Below are positions 22,921-34,868 of a stretch of DNA of 64,000 nucleotides, piece after piece. Both the position numbers and the translations under genes were made by a program. Source of the stretch: Mobula hypostoma (lineage: Eukaryota). Below the pieces are notes generated by a model. It did not search any database. It had not been told where the DNA came from and was given only the letters and a program-made list of their open reading frames with translations. How positions within the stretch are numbered: position 1 is the first letter of the stretch; each line of letters starts with the position of its first letter. Where the stretch lies: positions 109,494,001 through 109,558,000 of the forward strand of contig NC_086108.1 in assembly GCF_963921235.1 (NCBI RefSeq), read 5' to 3'.

Positions 22921-23671
22921 GGTGGGCTATTTAGTCACATACACTGTACCAGGATATGGGTTACTGGGGTCGGAGGTCAGTGCAAGTCTCGAAGCTGTGG
23001 TGCAAAGGTTAAACTGATGATCGTTTCCTGGAGTGAAGTCTGAAACTGGAGGATAATCCAGGACTGGTTTCATATAATCTCATCTCCCGAAGACCCAAAC
23101 TGTTCAAGTTCAAGTTTATTGTCATTAGACTGTGCATATATACAAACAAATGAAACAAATGTTCCTCTGGACTATGGTGCACCCACAAAACATATATCAT
23201 ACACAGCATGTAAAACAATGTATTACCACAAATACCGTGTTAATAAAATATAATTCAAACTGGTGGGTTAATTTGCCACTGTAAATTGTTCTTTAGACAC
23301 AGATGAGGGATATAATCATGGCTGGGTTGAAATAAATGTAGAGGGAACAAAATGGGTGGTTCATGGCTAGTATGGACTCCGTGGGCTGAAGGGCCTATTT
23401 CCATCATGTATAACTCCATGACTTATCTGTTTGGAATGTTATGGGGAGACTCATAAGTAATTCTTATTTAATAACTCAGTATAACTGCTGCCCTGTTAGG
23501 GGTGGTCATTAGGGACATTTAAGAGACTCTTAGACAGGCACGTGGATGATAATAAAATGGGGGGCTATGTGGGAGGGAAGGATTAGATTGATCTTGGAGT
23601 GGATTACAAATTCGGCACAGCATCATGGATCAATGGGCCTGTACTGTGCTATAGTGTTCTGTTCTGTGTTA

Positions 23672-24532
23672 TAGCCAGGTGAAATAATGGGGACAAGCTC
23701 CCACTACCTATTAAATGCTCCCAATATTGTGCATCTATAATAACCTCTGGTGGGCACGTGGCCAAGTGGTTAAGGCATTGGACTAGCGACCTGAAGGTCG
23801 TGAGTTTGAGGCCCAGCCGAGGCAGCATGTTGTGTCCTTGAGCAAGGCACTTAATCACACATTGCTCTGCAATGACACTGATGCCAAGCTGTATGGGTCC
23901 TAATGACCTTCCCTTGGACAACATTGGTGTCGTGGAGAGGGGAGACTTGCAGCATGGGCAACTGCTGGTCTTCCATACAACCTTGCCCAGGCCTGCATCC
24001 AGGAGAGTGAAGACTTTCCAGGCGCAGATCCATGGTCTCGCAAGACTAACGGATGCCTTTACTTTAATAAACTCTGAAAACCAAGTCCAGCTCCTGGCCT
24101 TCACATGTGGCTTAGCTACAAAGCCCACCAGAACAATAGGAGAAGGGCAAAGGCGGGTTACTGGACCTTTAAATCCAGTCACTCTGGGCAGAAGGGGCTC
24201 GTCAGCCGTGGTTGGCAGCTCATCTAGGAGAAGAAATACTCACTCGTGGGGAAGGATTTGGGAGTAATCCCCAAGGAAAAGTCTGGAGATGGAATTCCTA
24301 TACTGAGACAATCCTATATTGAGTTCAACACTGATTGGCAATTCCTGCGACAAACAGTATCGGTCCCTGCGTTTCTTTGGGTTAATCAGCTGCGTGGAGT
24401 GGGGGAGCCTGCTGTATGGGCAACAGCTTGCTCTCCATATCGTATTGCCCCGGCATATGAACTGGCTTGTTTATCAAACGTAGACAGCTAGTATGCAACA
24501 CGCATGGTCAACCCCAGCCAATGGAGGGCCTA
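23672..24532 (+). mobile_element. Non-autonomous RTE-like element interrupted by a SINE
   Basis: GGCAGCTCATCTAGGAGAAG motif typical of RTE 5' UTRs. The 3' part is homologous to 31300-31680 (minus) and to the SINE tail. Confidence 0.6.
23750..24064 (+). mobile_element. Young tRNA-derived CORE-like SINE (copy 1)
   Basis: A box TGGCCAAGTGG, B-box-like GAGTTTGAGGCCC, and CORE-like TGTGTCCTTGAGCAAGGCACTTAA. TSD TAATAACCTCTG / TAATAAACTCTG. Confidence 0.88.
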
Positions 24533-25211
24533 GGGATTGTATCTGCCTGAAAAACTTATATCGGCAGCTTATCCAATGAATGCATCACCCTCTCTGTGAA
24601 GCAGTTGCCCCTCAGGTCCCTTTTAACCACTTCCCCTCTCACTTTAAAACTAGTTTATAGTTCCTTGGCAAGCGGACTGTGCGCTTCCGCCTTATCAATT
24701 GCCCTTACCGCTGTCTGTAAAGAGTTTCTATGTTGTCCCTGTGACCACGTTGGTTTGCCCCAGGTGCTCCACTTTCCTCCCACATTCCAAAGATGTACGG
24801 GTTAGGGTTAATACGTTGTGAGTGTGCTCTGTTGACGCTGGAAGTGTGGCGACTGTAGTGAGCTGCCCCAACAAATCCTCAGACTGCAGCACCTTTTGCC
24901 CAGTAAAACCTTCATGTCTGGTTGCCATGCCGACTCCCAGTTGAACTAGTGCCCCCTCATTTACTCTGTCACGACCCTTCTCTATCCTAAGCATGCTATT
25001 AAGAACACAGAGCACTACATGGAGCATCTTTTCCAGGATGCTGCCTGGTTTGGAGGGCATTTTGCAATCACGAAAGTCTGGATAAACTTGGGTTGTTTTC
25101 TCCGGAGTGCCAGGGGCTGAGCGGAGACCGGATAGAGGTTTATAAGATTATGAAAGACATAGGTGGATAGAGAGTATCAGTTTCCCAGGGCTGACATGTC
25201 TGAGTACTAGA

Positions 25212-25494
25212 GGCATCCGTTAGTCTTGCGAGACCATGGATCTGCGCCTGGAAAGTCATTCTCCAGGGTGCAGGCCTGGGCAAGGTTGTATGGAAGACTA
25301 GCAGTTGCCCATGCTGCAAGTCTCCCCTCTCCATGACACCAATGTTGTCCAAGGGAAGGGCATTAGGACCCATACAGCTTGGCACCAGTAAGTGCCTTGC
25401 TCAAGGACACAACACGCTGCCTTGGCTGGGGCTCGAACTCACAACCTTCAGGTCACTAGTCCAATGCCTTAACCACTTGGCCACGTGCCTACAC
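25212..25494 (-). mobile_element. tRNA/CORE SINE (copy 2) inserted in a CR1 3' end (about 25010-25810)
   Basis: TSD TCTGAGTACTAGAGG / TCTAAGTACTAGAGG. Confidence 0.88.
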
Positions 25495-25825
25495 TCTAAG
25501 TACTAGAGGACATGCATTGAAGGCAATAAGGGATAGGTTCAAAAGGGATGTGAGAGTTAAGTTCTTTTCCCCTCAGGGTGTGATGAATGCCTGGAATGCA
25601 CTTCCTGGTATGATGGTGGAGGCAAATACATTAGAGGCTTTTAAGAAATGTTTGGATAGGCACAAAGATGTAAAGAAGATGGAGGGATATGGACATGGTG
25701 TAGGTAGGAGGGATTAATGTTTGGATGTTTTTGATTTGCTTTTTAGCTGGTTCAGCACATCATTGTGGGCTGAATGGCCTGTTCCGGAGCTGTACTCTCC
25801 TATGTTCTATGTTTTAATAAATAAA

Positions 25826-26516
25826 TGTAAGGGGGTTTCATCTTTTACTGCGTAGGCTAATTAAAATGGCTTCTTTGTTATGTTATACTGGGGAATGCTT
25901 CTTTGTTATGTTAAATGCAGAGAAAGTCTCTAGCTAAACATTTGCTTGGGTTAATACAGATAGCAGGGTGCTATTAGCCAATTGCAATAGTTGTTATGAT
26001 TTTGGTGTATCTGGAAGATTTGTATGCACGGGGTTTTGGGGGAGAAGGCGGGAGAGAGAGAGAGACAGAGAATGGACCAGGTGCTGTGACTCCGCTAACG
26101 GGGTTGGACCCTGGACGGGGCGTTCGGTGAGGAGAGGAGACGGAGACGGACTCGTGTGGAGCGTCTGGTCGACCACCATTGTTGGTCCCAGGCGGCCGGT
26201 CGAGGTGGTCTGAGGGGTCGCAGGGTGAAGAAGAAGGGTCCTGAGCTCCAACTGTTTGTGCACGAAGAGATTGAACTTTGATAAGTGTGGCGCCTTTTAT
26301 TTTCCTTTTATATTTTATTCTCTATTAATTATATAGTTCCAGTAATATCTATAAACTGTAAATCATTTAATTGCATCTGGTGTATTGTCTGTTATTTGGG
26401 CGGGGTGGGGTACATCACACAGCATCCACACAAACTAATTACCCAGTTTGGCGGGGCCGAGGGCTGTTTCCCTCGACGACAGCGAACTGAGCGACCCTGA
26501 GGGTGGCCGGGGGGGG
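25826..26516 (+). mobile_element. Solo LTR (terminal CA missing)
   Basis: Starts TGTAAG and is CpG-rich. Its 3' third is homologous to the reverse complement of the LTR at 47285-47859. AATAAA-like flanks on both sides. Confidence 0.7.
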
Positions 26517-26699
26517 AATAAAAAATGGAATTCAGGGCAAGAACCATCCTAAACTCCCTCCCCGCTCCTGCTAAAGTCCCAGTAAAGCACAACAGTGGCA
26601 GTGGCAGGGTTTGAACTACAGACGAGCAGACAGCTGGAGAAAGGCATCTGCCAAGAGTTACATTTTGGCTTCCAATATTTCCACTGCACTAGACTAAAC

Positions 26700-27120
26700 A
26701 CTGACAAAGTTATAAAGAGCCTGCATTTCCACAAAATTTCCCATGACCGCCTGAGTTCTCCGCAGTCAATGAAGTGATCGAGAAGGGTCGTTGAAGTTGT
26801 GATGTTGAAAATACAGCAACAATTACCACACAGCAAGCTCCGGGTAACTGGAATGTGTTAATGACCGGGCCATCTGTTTGACTCATGTCAAATGAAGGGT
26901 AAATATTGGCCAGAACGCCAGGGTACCCCTGCTGTTTCTTCTGAAATGGTGCCACAGAACCCGAGAGAGTGAACAGGGCCTCGGTTTAACTTCTCGTCAA
27001 CAAAGCTGTGTTCCACTGCTGCAGTTGTCTCTCCGTCCCAGCAGATTGTTCTGCTTAGCAACCTTTTGTGGGATTTGAACCCACATCCTCAGACACAGAC
27101 ACAAGAACGTTAGGCTGAGA
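26700..27120 (-). mobile_element. Ancient Deu-domain SINE (SacSINE1/AmnSINE1-related)
   Basis: Deu motifs CACAGCAAGCTCC, GGGTAAATATTGGCCAGAAC and GGGCCTCGGTTTAAC; B box GGTTCAAATCC at 27081-27071. Confidence 0.75.
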
Positions 27121-27537
27121 TGTATGTGATGCACAAGTGGCCCATTTTCAGCTCCCAAATCAGAACCAGAATCAGGTTTATTTTCACTGACATATGTTGT
27201 GAAATTTGCTGCTTCGTGGCTGCGGTAAAGCATAAGACTTAATTGTTACTATAAGTTACAATAAAAAGTAAATAAATAAACAGTGCAAATTACTGAGAGA
27301 AAACAGTGGTCAGAAGCATAAACTCTGAAATATCTTGAACATGAGAAAATGTACAGATGCTGGAAATCCAAAGCAACACACACAAAATACTGGATGAATC
27401 CAGCAGGTCAGAAGGCCAGACAGCATCTATAGAAAAGAATACAGTGTCGACATTTCAGGCCAAGACACTTCTACAGGACTGGAAAGAAAGAGGTGAATTT
27501 GGACTAAGTGGGGTGTTTTTTCTGGCAGACAGAGCAT

Positions 27538-28119
27538 CAGACATCCCACCTCTCCCGGAAGTTCCAGGAGTCTCCCGCCTATTAATAGTGGCTCCCTGAT
27601 GCCCGCAAGTTATATACAATGTCCTGGAAATTGATTTTTTTGAGAGTGAGTGTGAGAGAATGTGCGAGAAAGAGCGAGAGAGCGAGCGCAAGAGCAAGAA
27701 AGCAAGCGTGAGACAGCGAGCGCAAGTGAGAGTGACCATGAGCAAGAGAGCGCGCGCGCGAGAGAGAGAGAGAGAGAGTGAGAGAGTTCCAAAAAAAGAA
27801 AATATAAAACATACGTCACCCCAGACAACACTAAAGTGTACCCCTGCCTAATAGGGGTCAAAAATAATGACAGTGTTGCTCGCTGCACTGTTTACAACAG
27901 TGACTTTTCTATTGCCCATGGTGGGTTAAGACTGTAAAAGACGTGTTGAGGTGAGTTTAACAGGTGTCATTCGTTCATTAGCATAGCTAACGTTATTTAA
28001 ACTAGCTGGTTAGCTGCTAAGGAGCTACTCTATTGCAAACATCCCACTTCTCCCGGGAGTGTCCCGCAAATTGATGGTGCTACCCCGCTGAAATGAGTTT
28101 GTGCGGGGTGGGATGTCTG
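27538..28119. mobile_element. Non-autonomous hAT-type DNA transposon with 6-bp TSD
   Basis: Perfect 13-bp TIR CAGACATCCCACC, GAGCAT on both sides, and subterminal TCCCG repeats. Confidence 0.85.
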
Positions 28120-28377
28120 GAGCATAGGTGTACCGGAAGATCATGTGTTTTCTGGCAGACAAAACATAGGTGTACTGGGAGGTCCCATTGTTAGATCGGT
28201 AGATTGGGAGACCGCTTCACCGAGTATCTATGCTTCGCATTTGACGTGAGATGTTTTTATAGCCAAAGAGTGGTGGGTACCTGGAATGCACTGCCTGGGG
28301 TGCTGCTGGAAGCAGATACTGTACATTAGAGACGTTTAAGAAATGTTTACATAGGCACACAAATGTGATGAAAATGG

Positions 28378-28667
28378 CTGATTGATTGATTGACTGAGAT
28401 ACAGCACAGAATTGGTGCTTCCGGCCCTTCGAACCGCGCCACCAAACAATCCCAATTTAACCCTAGCTAATCACGGGACAATTCTCAATGACCAATTAAC
28501 CTACCAACCGGTACATCTTTGGACTGTGAGAGGAAACCGGAGCACCCGGAGGAAACCCATGTGGTTACAGGGAGAACGTTCAAACTCCTTACAGACAACG
28601 GCGAGAATTGAACCCGGGTTGCTGGTACTGTAAAGCACTGTGCTGACCACTATGCTACTCTGCCACC
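28378..28667 (-). mobile_element. HE1/V-SINE-like element
   Basis: tRNA head GTGGCAGAGTAGCATAGTGG...CCGGGTTCAATTC, V domain, CR1-like tail and (TGAT)n. Confidence 0.8.
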
Positions 28668-29228
28668 TCAATGGACAGATATGACCATTGTGCAGGCAAA
28701 AGGGATTAGTTTAGTTAGCCATTTGGTTACTAATTCATTTGCTTCAGTACAGCACTGTGGGCTGAAAAGTTTGTTCCTGTGGGGAATTGTTCTTTTTTTT
28801 AAAAAGAGGAATAGTGAGAATAGTGTACATGCGTTCATAGAACGTTCAGAAATCTGATGACAGTGGGGAAGAAACCATTTCTAAAACATTGATGTGAGAC
28901 ACTAAAGACCCTTACCATCCAGGACATGCCCACTTCACGTTGCTACCATCAGGGAGGAGGTACAGGACAACTATGGCTGCCTGCAGCCCTTCCTTGGATT
29001 GTGTTGGTCGTTGACACAAATAATGCATTTCAGTCTACATTTTGGTGTACCTGTAACAAATACCGCTAATATTTAGATTCCAGCATTTGCAATTTTTTTT
29101 ATCAAAACCTTCCAACGCGTTTCTTTATCTTTTGAATATTTTAGCCTTTCAGTGTAACTTGCGAGAATTATTTTCTAAATAAATACCATCTTCACTCTCA
29201 ACGTTCAAAGTACATTTATTATCAAAGT

Positions 29229-29544
29229 CTTCTTGGCATCCATTAGTCTTGCGAGACCATGGACCTGCGCCTGGAAAGTCTTCACTCTCCAGGGCGCAGG
29301 CCTGGGCAAGGTTATATGGAAGACCAGCAGTTGCCCATGCTGCAAGTCTCCCCTCTCCACGACACCAATGTTGTCCAAGGGAAGGGCATTAGGACCCATA
29401 CAGCTTGGCACCAGTGTCGTCGCAGAGCACTGTGTGATTAAGTGCCTTGCTCAAGGATACAACACACTGCCTTGGCTGGGGCTCGAACTCACGACCTTCA
29501 GATCACTAGCTGAATGCCTTAACCACTTGGCCACGTGCCCACAC
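29229..29544 (-). mobile_element. tRNA/CORE SINE (copy 3)
   Basis: Near-identical to copies 1, 2 and 4. Confidence 0.88.
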
Positions 29545-30569
29545 TAAGTATGTATACTATATTCAAAGTATGTATCCTATATTCAATCCTGAGATTCGTC
29601 TCCTTGCAGGCAGCCACATGACAAAGAAAACTCAATAGAGTCTATTAAATGAGAATCAGGTTTAATATCACTGGCATATGATGTGAAATTTGTTTTTGTG
29701 GCAGTAGTACATTGTAACGCATAATAAAAAACTGTGAATTACAGCAAGTGTATGTGTATGTGTGTATATATAAAAAATAGTTCAATAATTAGTGCAAAAA
29801 AAAAGTAGTGAGGTAGTGTTCATGGGTTCATTGTCCATTCTGACATCAGATGGTGGAGGGGAAGAAGATGTTCCTGAATCATTGAGAGTGTCTTCAGGCT
29901 CCTGTACCTCCTTCCTGATGGTAGCCATGAGAAGAGGACATGCCCTGGATGATGAGGGCCCTTAATGATGGATTCCACCTTTTCGAGGCATCACTCCTTA
30001 AACAAAAATGACTGTCAAACACCCAATGTGCAGAAATAAAACAAATCATGCGAACAATAAAAGTAGGCAAATAACATTCAGAACTGAAGATGATGAAAGT
30101 GAGTCACGAAAACATGGGTACAAGAGCTTCCCTCTCTTCAGCCCAGTTTTTTTGTCCCTCTCCTTGCTTTCATGGACGAGACAACCTTCACTAATATTAT
30201 TGCATAACTTGACATTCTCAGGTTAAATCTTTCTTTGATGTTTATGTTTATATAAATCCCTTTCTACTTCACTGCCCATTCTCCAATTTGAAATGCTGAC
30301 CTTTGCAATGATATTTTGTGATATTTATACCGTCACTTACCTTTTAATTTCTATTCACTCCAATCTCTTCCTTTCATCTACACCCTCTCTTAAAATAATT
30401 ACGATATTTCTGAGGTCACGCTTCCGACCACCGTTTTGTTTTCAGGAGCAATTTATCTTTCTTTGTGCTTTAATTGCAAACTTGGTATTTTAAGCTGAAT
30501 TAATTTCCTCTGATTGCAAAGTGGTCCGAAAGGAAAAGTGATTTGTGAAAATATAAGTTGTAAGCGCTT

Positions 30570-31080
30570 AAACACAAGGGATTCTGCAGATCAGGCCGTA
30601 AGACATGGGAGCAGAATTAGGCCAGTTGAACCATCAAGTCTGCTTCTCTATTCCATCATGGTTGATTCACTGTCACACTCAGGTGGAAATCTTGAGGAAC
30701 ACACATAAAGTACTGGAGGAACTCAGCAGGTCAGTCAGCATCTATGGAGGGGAATAAACAGTTGATGTTTTGGGCCAAGACCCTTCATTAGGACTGGAAA
30801 GGAAGGAGGAAGAAGCCAGAATAAGATGGTAGTGGGAGGGGAAGGAGTACAAGCTGGCAGGTGATAGGCGAGACCGGGTGAGGGGGAAGATGGGTGGGTG
30901 GGGGATGAAGTGAGAAGGTAGGAGGTGATAGGTGAAAAGGTAAAGGGCTGAATAAGAAACAATTTGATAAGAGTGGAGAGTGGACCATGGGAGAAAGGGA
31001 AGGAAGAAGGGAACCAAAGGGAGGTGATAGGTGGAAGAGGTAAAGATCTGAAGAAGAAGGAATCTGATAGGGGAAGATAA
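30570..31080 (-). mobile_element. Penelope pseudo-LTR with a nested CR1 tail
   Basis: Degenerate hammerhead at 30760-30796. Confidence 0.75.
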
Positions 31081-31299
31081 ATTCTTCCGATTGCTAAGCT
31101 GTTATTTAAATGTCAGTGTCCCCCTGCATGTCACAAACCCTCAGCTGTTCTCACCACACACTGAGGTATCTCAGTCCATTCCAGCTCCACCCATCCTTGA
31201 TTTACAGCTGTCCTATCTTGTAGAATATTTTTCCCTTGCTCACGCTCTGCTCATCCAAGCCACTTTGATGTAACCTGCACTAACCTGTAGACTGAGGTC

Positions 31300-31680
31300 T
31301 TCTGTAGGTTCGGGTCAACCATGGATGTTGATACGTGATACACAAGATAGTATGCAAGCCTGGGCAGTACGATATGGAGAGCAAGCTGTTGCCCATGTAG
31401 CAGCCTTCCCCTCTCCACACATCTGATGAATACAAAGGAATGGCAGAGACCGATGCAGTTCGGCACCAGCGGAATTGCAGGAGTTGCCCGTCAGTGATGC
31501 ATGCAGTGTAGGGCTGCCTCAGGGACTCCGGCTCTGGATTTTTCATTCAGGGATTACTCCCGAAGCCTTCCCCATGATTGGGTAAAGCCACAAGGCAGTG
31601 GAGGTTTGAGATCAGAGTTTTCTTTATCCTGCTAATCATGGCTAACAAGCCCCATCTGCTCGAATCTGTCAACCGGATGT
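31300..31680 (-). mobile_element. Non-autonomous RTE-like element (3' half)
   Basis: Homologous to about 24200-24530. Confidence 0.65.
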
Positions 31681-31889
31681 GCTATAAAAATGATTATGTC
31701 CTGCTTCCATCAACAGATGGTTATGTTAATCCAGCAAAATTTTCCAACCAGATATTCCAAATACGAAAATATTCAAATGCACAGGGTCATGAGAAGCTGC
31801 AGAGAGCAGTGGCCTCTGTCGAGTATTTTTGTAGTTACATTTCATTGGGAGTTGGAGGAGACCTGGTTTGTCACTAAATACACACTCAA

Positions 31890-32275
31890 TTTTCTACAGA
31901 CATACCACCACGGAGAGCATTCTAACTGGCTGCATCACCATCTGGTACGGATTGGCCACTGCACAGGATCTGCTGCAGAAAGTTGCAGATTCAGCCAGCT
32001 CCATCATGGGCGTTAGCCTCCCCGGCATCGAGAATACCTACAAAAGATGATGCTTCAAAAAGGCAGCATCCATCAATAATGAGCCCCTTCATTCAGCCAT
32101 ATCCTCTTCCCATTGCTCCCATCAAGGAAGAGGTACAGAAGCCTGAAGGCACACACTTTCAGGAACAGCCTCTTCCCCTCCACCATCAGCTTTCTGAATG
32201 GACAATGAATCTTGAACACAACCTCACTACTTTTGTCTCCTTTTACACTACATATTTAACTTAATTTTATATATT
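31890..32275 (+). mobile_element. Old Rex1/Babar LINE 3' end
   Basis: FYRHTTTESILTGCITIWYG...LQKVADSASSIMG. Confidence 0.8.
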
Positions 32276-33469
32276 CAGTATTGTGCCTATAAAAAGTATT
32301 CACCTCTTTGGAAGTTTTCATATTTTATTGTTTTACAACATTGAATCAGTAGACTTAATTTGGCTTTTTTGACACTGATCAACAAAAAACGATTATTTTG
32401 TGTCAAAGTGAAAACAAATCTCTATAAAGTAAACTAAATTAATTACAGATATAAAGCACAAAATAATTGATTGCATAAGTATTCAACCCCCTTTAATATA
32501 CATACTGAATCACCTCTGGTGCAGCCAATTGATTTTGGAAGTAATGTAATTAGTTAAATAGAGATCACCTGTGTGCAGTCAAGGGGCTTCAACTAATTGT
32601 AGTAAAAATACATCAGTATCTGGAAAGTCCATCTGCTGGTGCATCAGTATCCTGGCAAAAAAGACATCATGAAGACAAAAGAGCACTCTAAGCAACTCTA
32701 TGAAAAGGTTATTGAAAGGCACAAGTCAGGAGATGAATACAAGAAAGTTTCCAAGTCACTGAATATCCTTTGGAGTACAGTTAAGACAATCATCAACAAA
32801 GGGGAAGAACATGGCACTGCTGCAAATCTGCCTAGAGCAGGCTGTCTCAAATTCTGAGTGACCATGCAAGAAGGGGACTAGTGAGAGAGGCCACCAAGAG
32901 ACCTTTGACAACTCTGGAGGAGATACAAGCTTCAGTGGCTGAGATGGGAGAGACTGTGCATACTACAACTGTTGCCCAGGTGCTTCACCGTTCACAGCTT
33001 TACGGGAGAGTGGCAAAGAGGAATCCACTGTTGTAAAAAAAAACTCTCATGATATCTTGGCTAGAGTTTGTCAGAAGGGAGACTCTGAAGGCAGCTGGAA
33101 GAAGGTTCTATGGTCTGATAAAACCAAAATTTAGCTTTTTGGCCATCAAGCTACATGCTGTGTTTGACATAAGCCAAACACGGTACATCAACAAAAACAC
33201 ACCTACCATGAAGCAATGTGGTGGCTGCATCATGCTGTGGGGATGCTTCACCGCAGCAGGCCCTGGAAGGCTTGTGAAGGTAGAGGGTAAAATGAATGCA
33301 GTAAAATACAGGGAAACCCTGAAGGAAAACCTAATGCAAGAGAACTATGACTTGGGAGAAGATTTGTTTTCCAGCAAGACAATGACCCCAAGCATAAAGC
33401 CAAAGCTATACAGGAATGGCTTAAAAACAACAAAGTTAAACAGTAAAACTTTAACAGTAAAAACAGCAA

Positions 33470-33912
33470 AGGCTGAGTGTAGCAGACACCAACAGAATCA
33501 ACAAACTCATTCATAAGGCCAGTGATGTTGTGAGGATGGAACTGGACTCTCTGACGCTGGTGTCTGAAAAGAGGATGCTGTCCAAGTTGCATGCCATCTT
33601 GGACAATGTCTCCCATCCACTACATAATGTACTGGGTGGGCACAGGAGTACATTCAGCCAGAGACTCATTCCACCGAGATGCAGCACAGAGCGTCATAGG
33701 AAGTCATTCCTGCCTGTGGCCATCAAACTTTACAACTCCTCCCTTGGAGGGTCAGACACCCTGAGTCAATAGGCTGGTCATGGACTTATTTCCTGGCATA
33801 ATTTACATATTGCTATTTAATTATTTATGGTTTTATTACTATTTAATTATTTATGGTGCAACTGTAACAAAAACCAATTTCCCCCAGGATCAATAAAGTA
33901 TGACTATGACTA
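33470..33912 (+). mobile_element. Young Rex1 3' end (copy 2)
   Basis: Same C-terminal ORF and (TATGAC)n tail. Confidence 0.9.
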
Positions 33913-33980
33913 ATCAACAATCCATCAATTCTGCTCTGAGAGTGGGGAGGATAAAAAACGGGTGAGAAGACCAGTAGAAT

Positions 33981-34868
33981 GGAGTCTTGTCATCTTCAGA
34001 AGTTTTTGGATGACTCTTCCATAGTTGGATGCATCAGCAAGGGAGATGAGGCTGAGTACAGGGCTACGGTAGGAAACTTTGTCACATGGTGTGAGCAGAA
34101 TTATCTGCAGCTTAATGTGAAAAAGACTAAGGAACCGGTGGTAGACCTGAGGAGAGCTAAGGCATCGGCGACCCCTGTTTCCATCCAGGGGGTCAGTGTG
34201 GACATGGTGGAGGATTACTAATACCTGGGGATAGGAATTGACAATAAACCAGACTGGTCAAAGAACACTGAGGCTGTCTACAAGAAGGGTCAGAGCCATC
34301 TCTATTTCCTGAGGAGACTGAGGTCCTCTAACATCTGTCGGACGATGCTGAGGATGTTCTACGAGTCTGTGGTGGCCAGTGCAATCATGTTTGCTGTTGT
34401 GTGCTGGGGCAGCAGGCTGAGGGTAGCAGACACCAACAGAATCAACAAACTCATTCATAAGGCCAGTGATGTTGTGGGGATGGAACTGGACTCTCTGACG
34501 GTGGTGTCTGAAAAGAGGATGCTGTCTAAGTTGTATGCCATCTTGGACAATGTCTCCCATCCACTACATAATGTACTGGGTGGGCACAGGAGTACATTCA
34601 GCCAGAGACTCATTCCACCGAGGTGCAGCACAGAGCGTCATAGGAAGCCATTCCTGCCTGTGGCCATCAAACTTTACAACTCCTCCCTTGGAGGGTCAGA
34701 CATCCTGAGCCGATAGGCTGGTCCTGGACTTATTTCCTAGCATAATTTACATACTATTATTTAATTTTTTATGGTTTTATATTGCTATATCTATTCTCTA
34801 TTCTCGGTTGGTGCAACTGTAATGAAACCCAATTTCCCTCAGGATCAATGAAGTATGACTATGACTAT
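33981..34868 (+). mobile_element. Young Rex1 3' portion (copy 3), including the RT catalytic motif
   Basis: CHLQKFLDDSSIVG...WCEQNYLQLNVKKTKE...MLRMFYESVVAS; (TATGAC)n tail. Confidence 0.92.

Noticed and set aside
23750..23825. tRNA gene
   Set aside because: A tRNA-derived SINE head without an acceptor stem, repeated four times with body and tail.
23672..24140. HDV-like ribozyme at the RTE-like 5' end (TTCACATG resembling the CPEB3 L3 loop)
   Set aside because: Could not assemble P1, P1.1, P3 and J4/2 in the required order.
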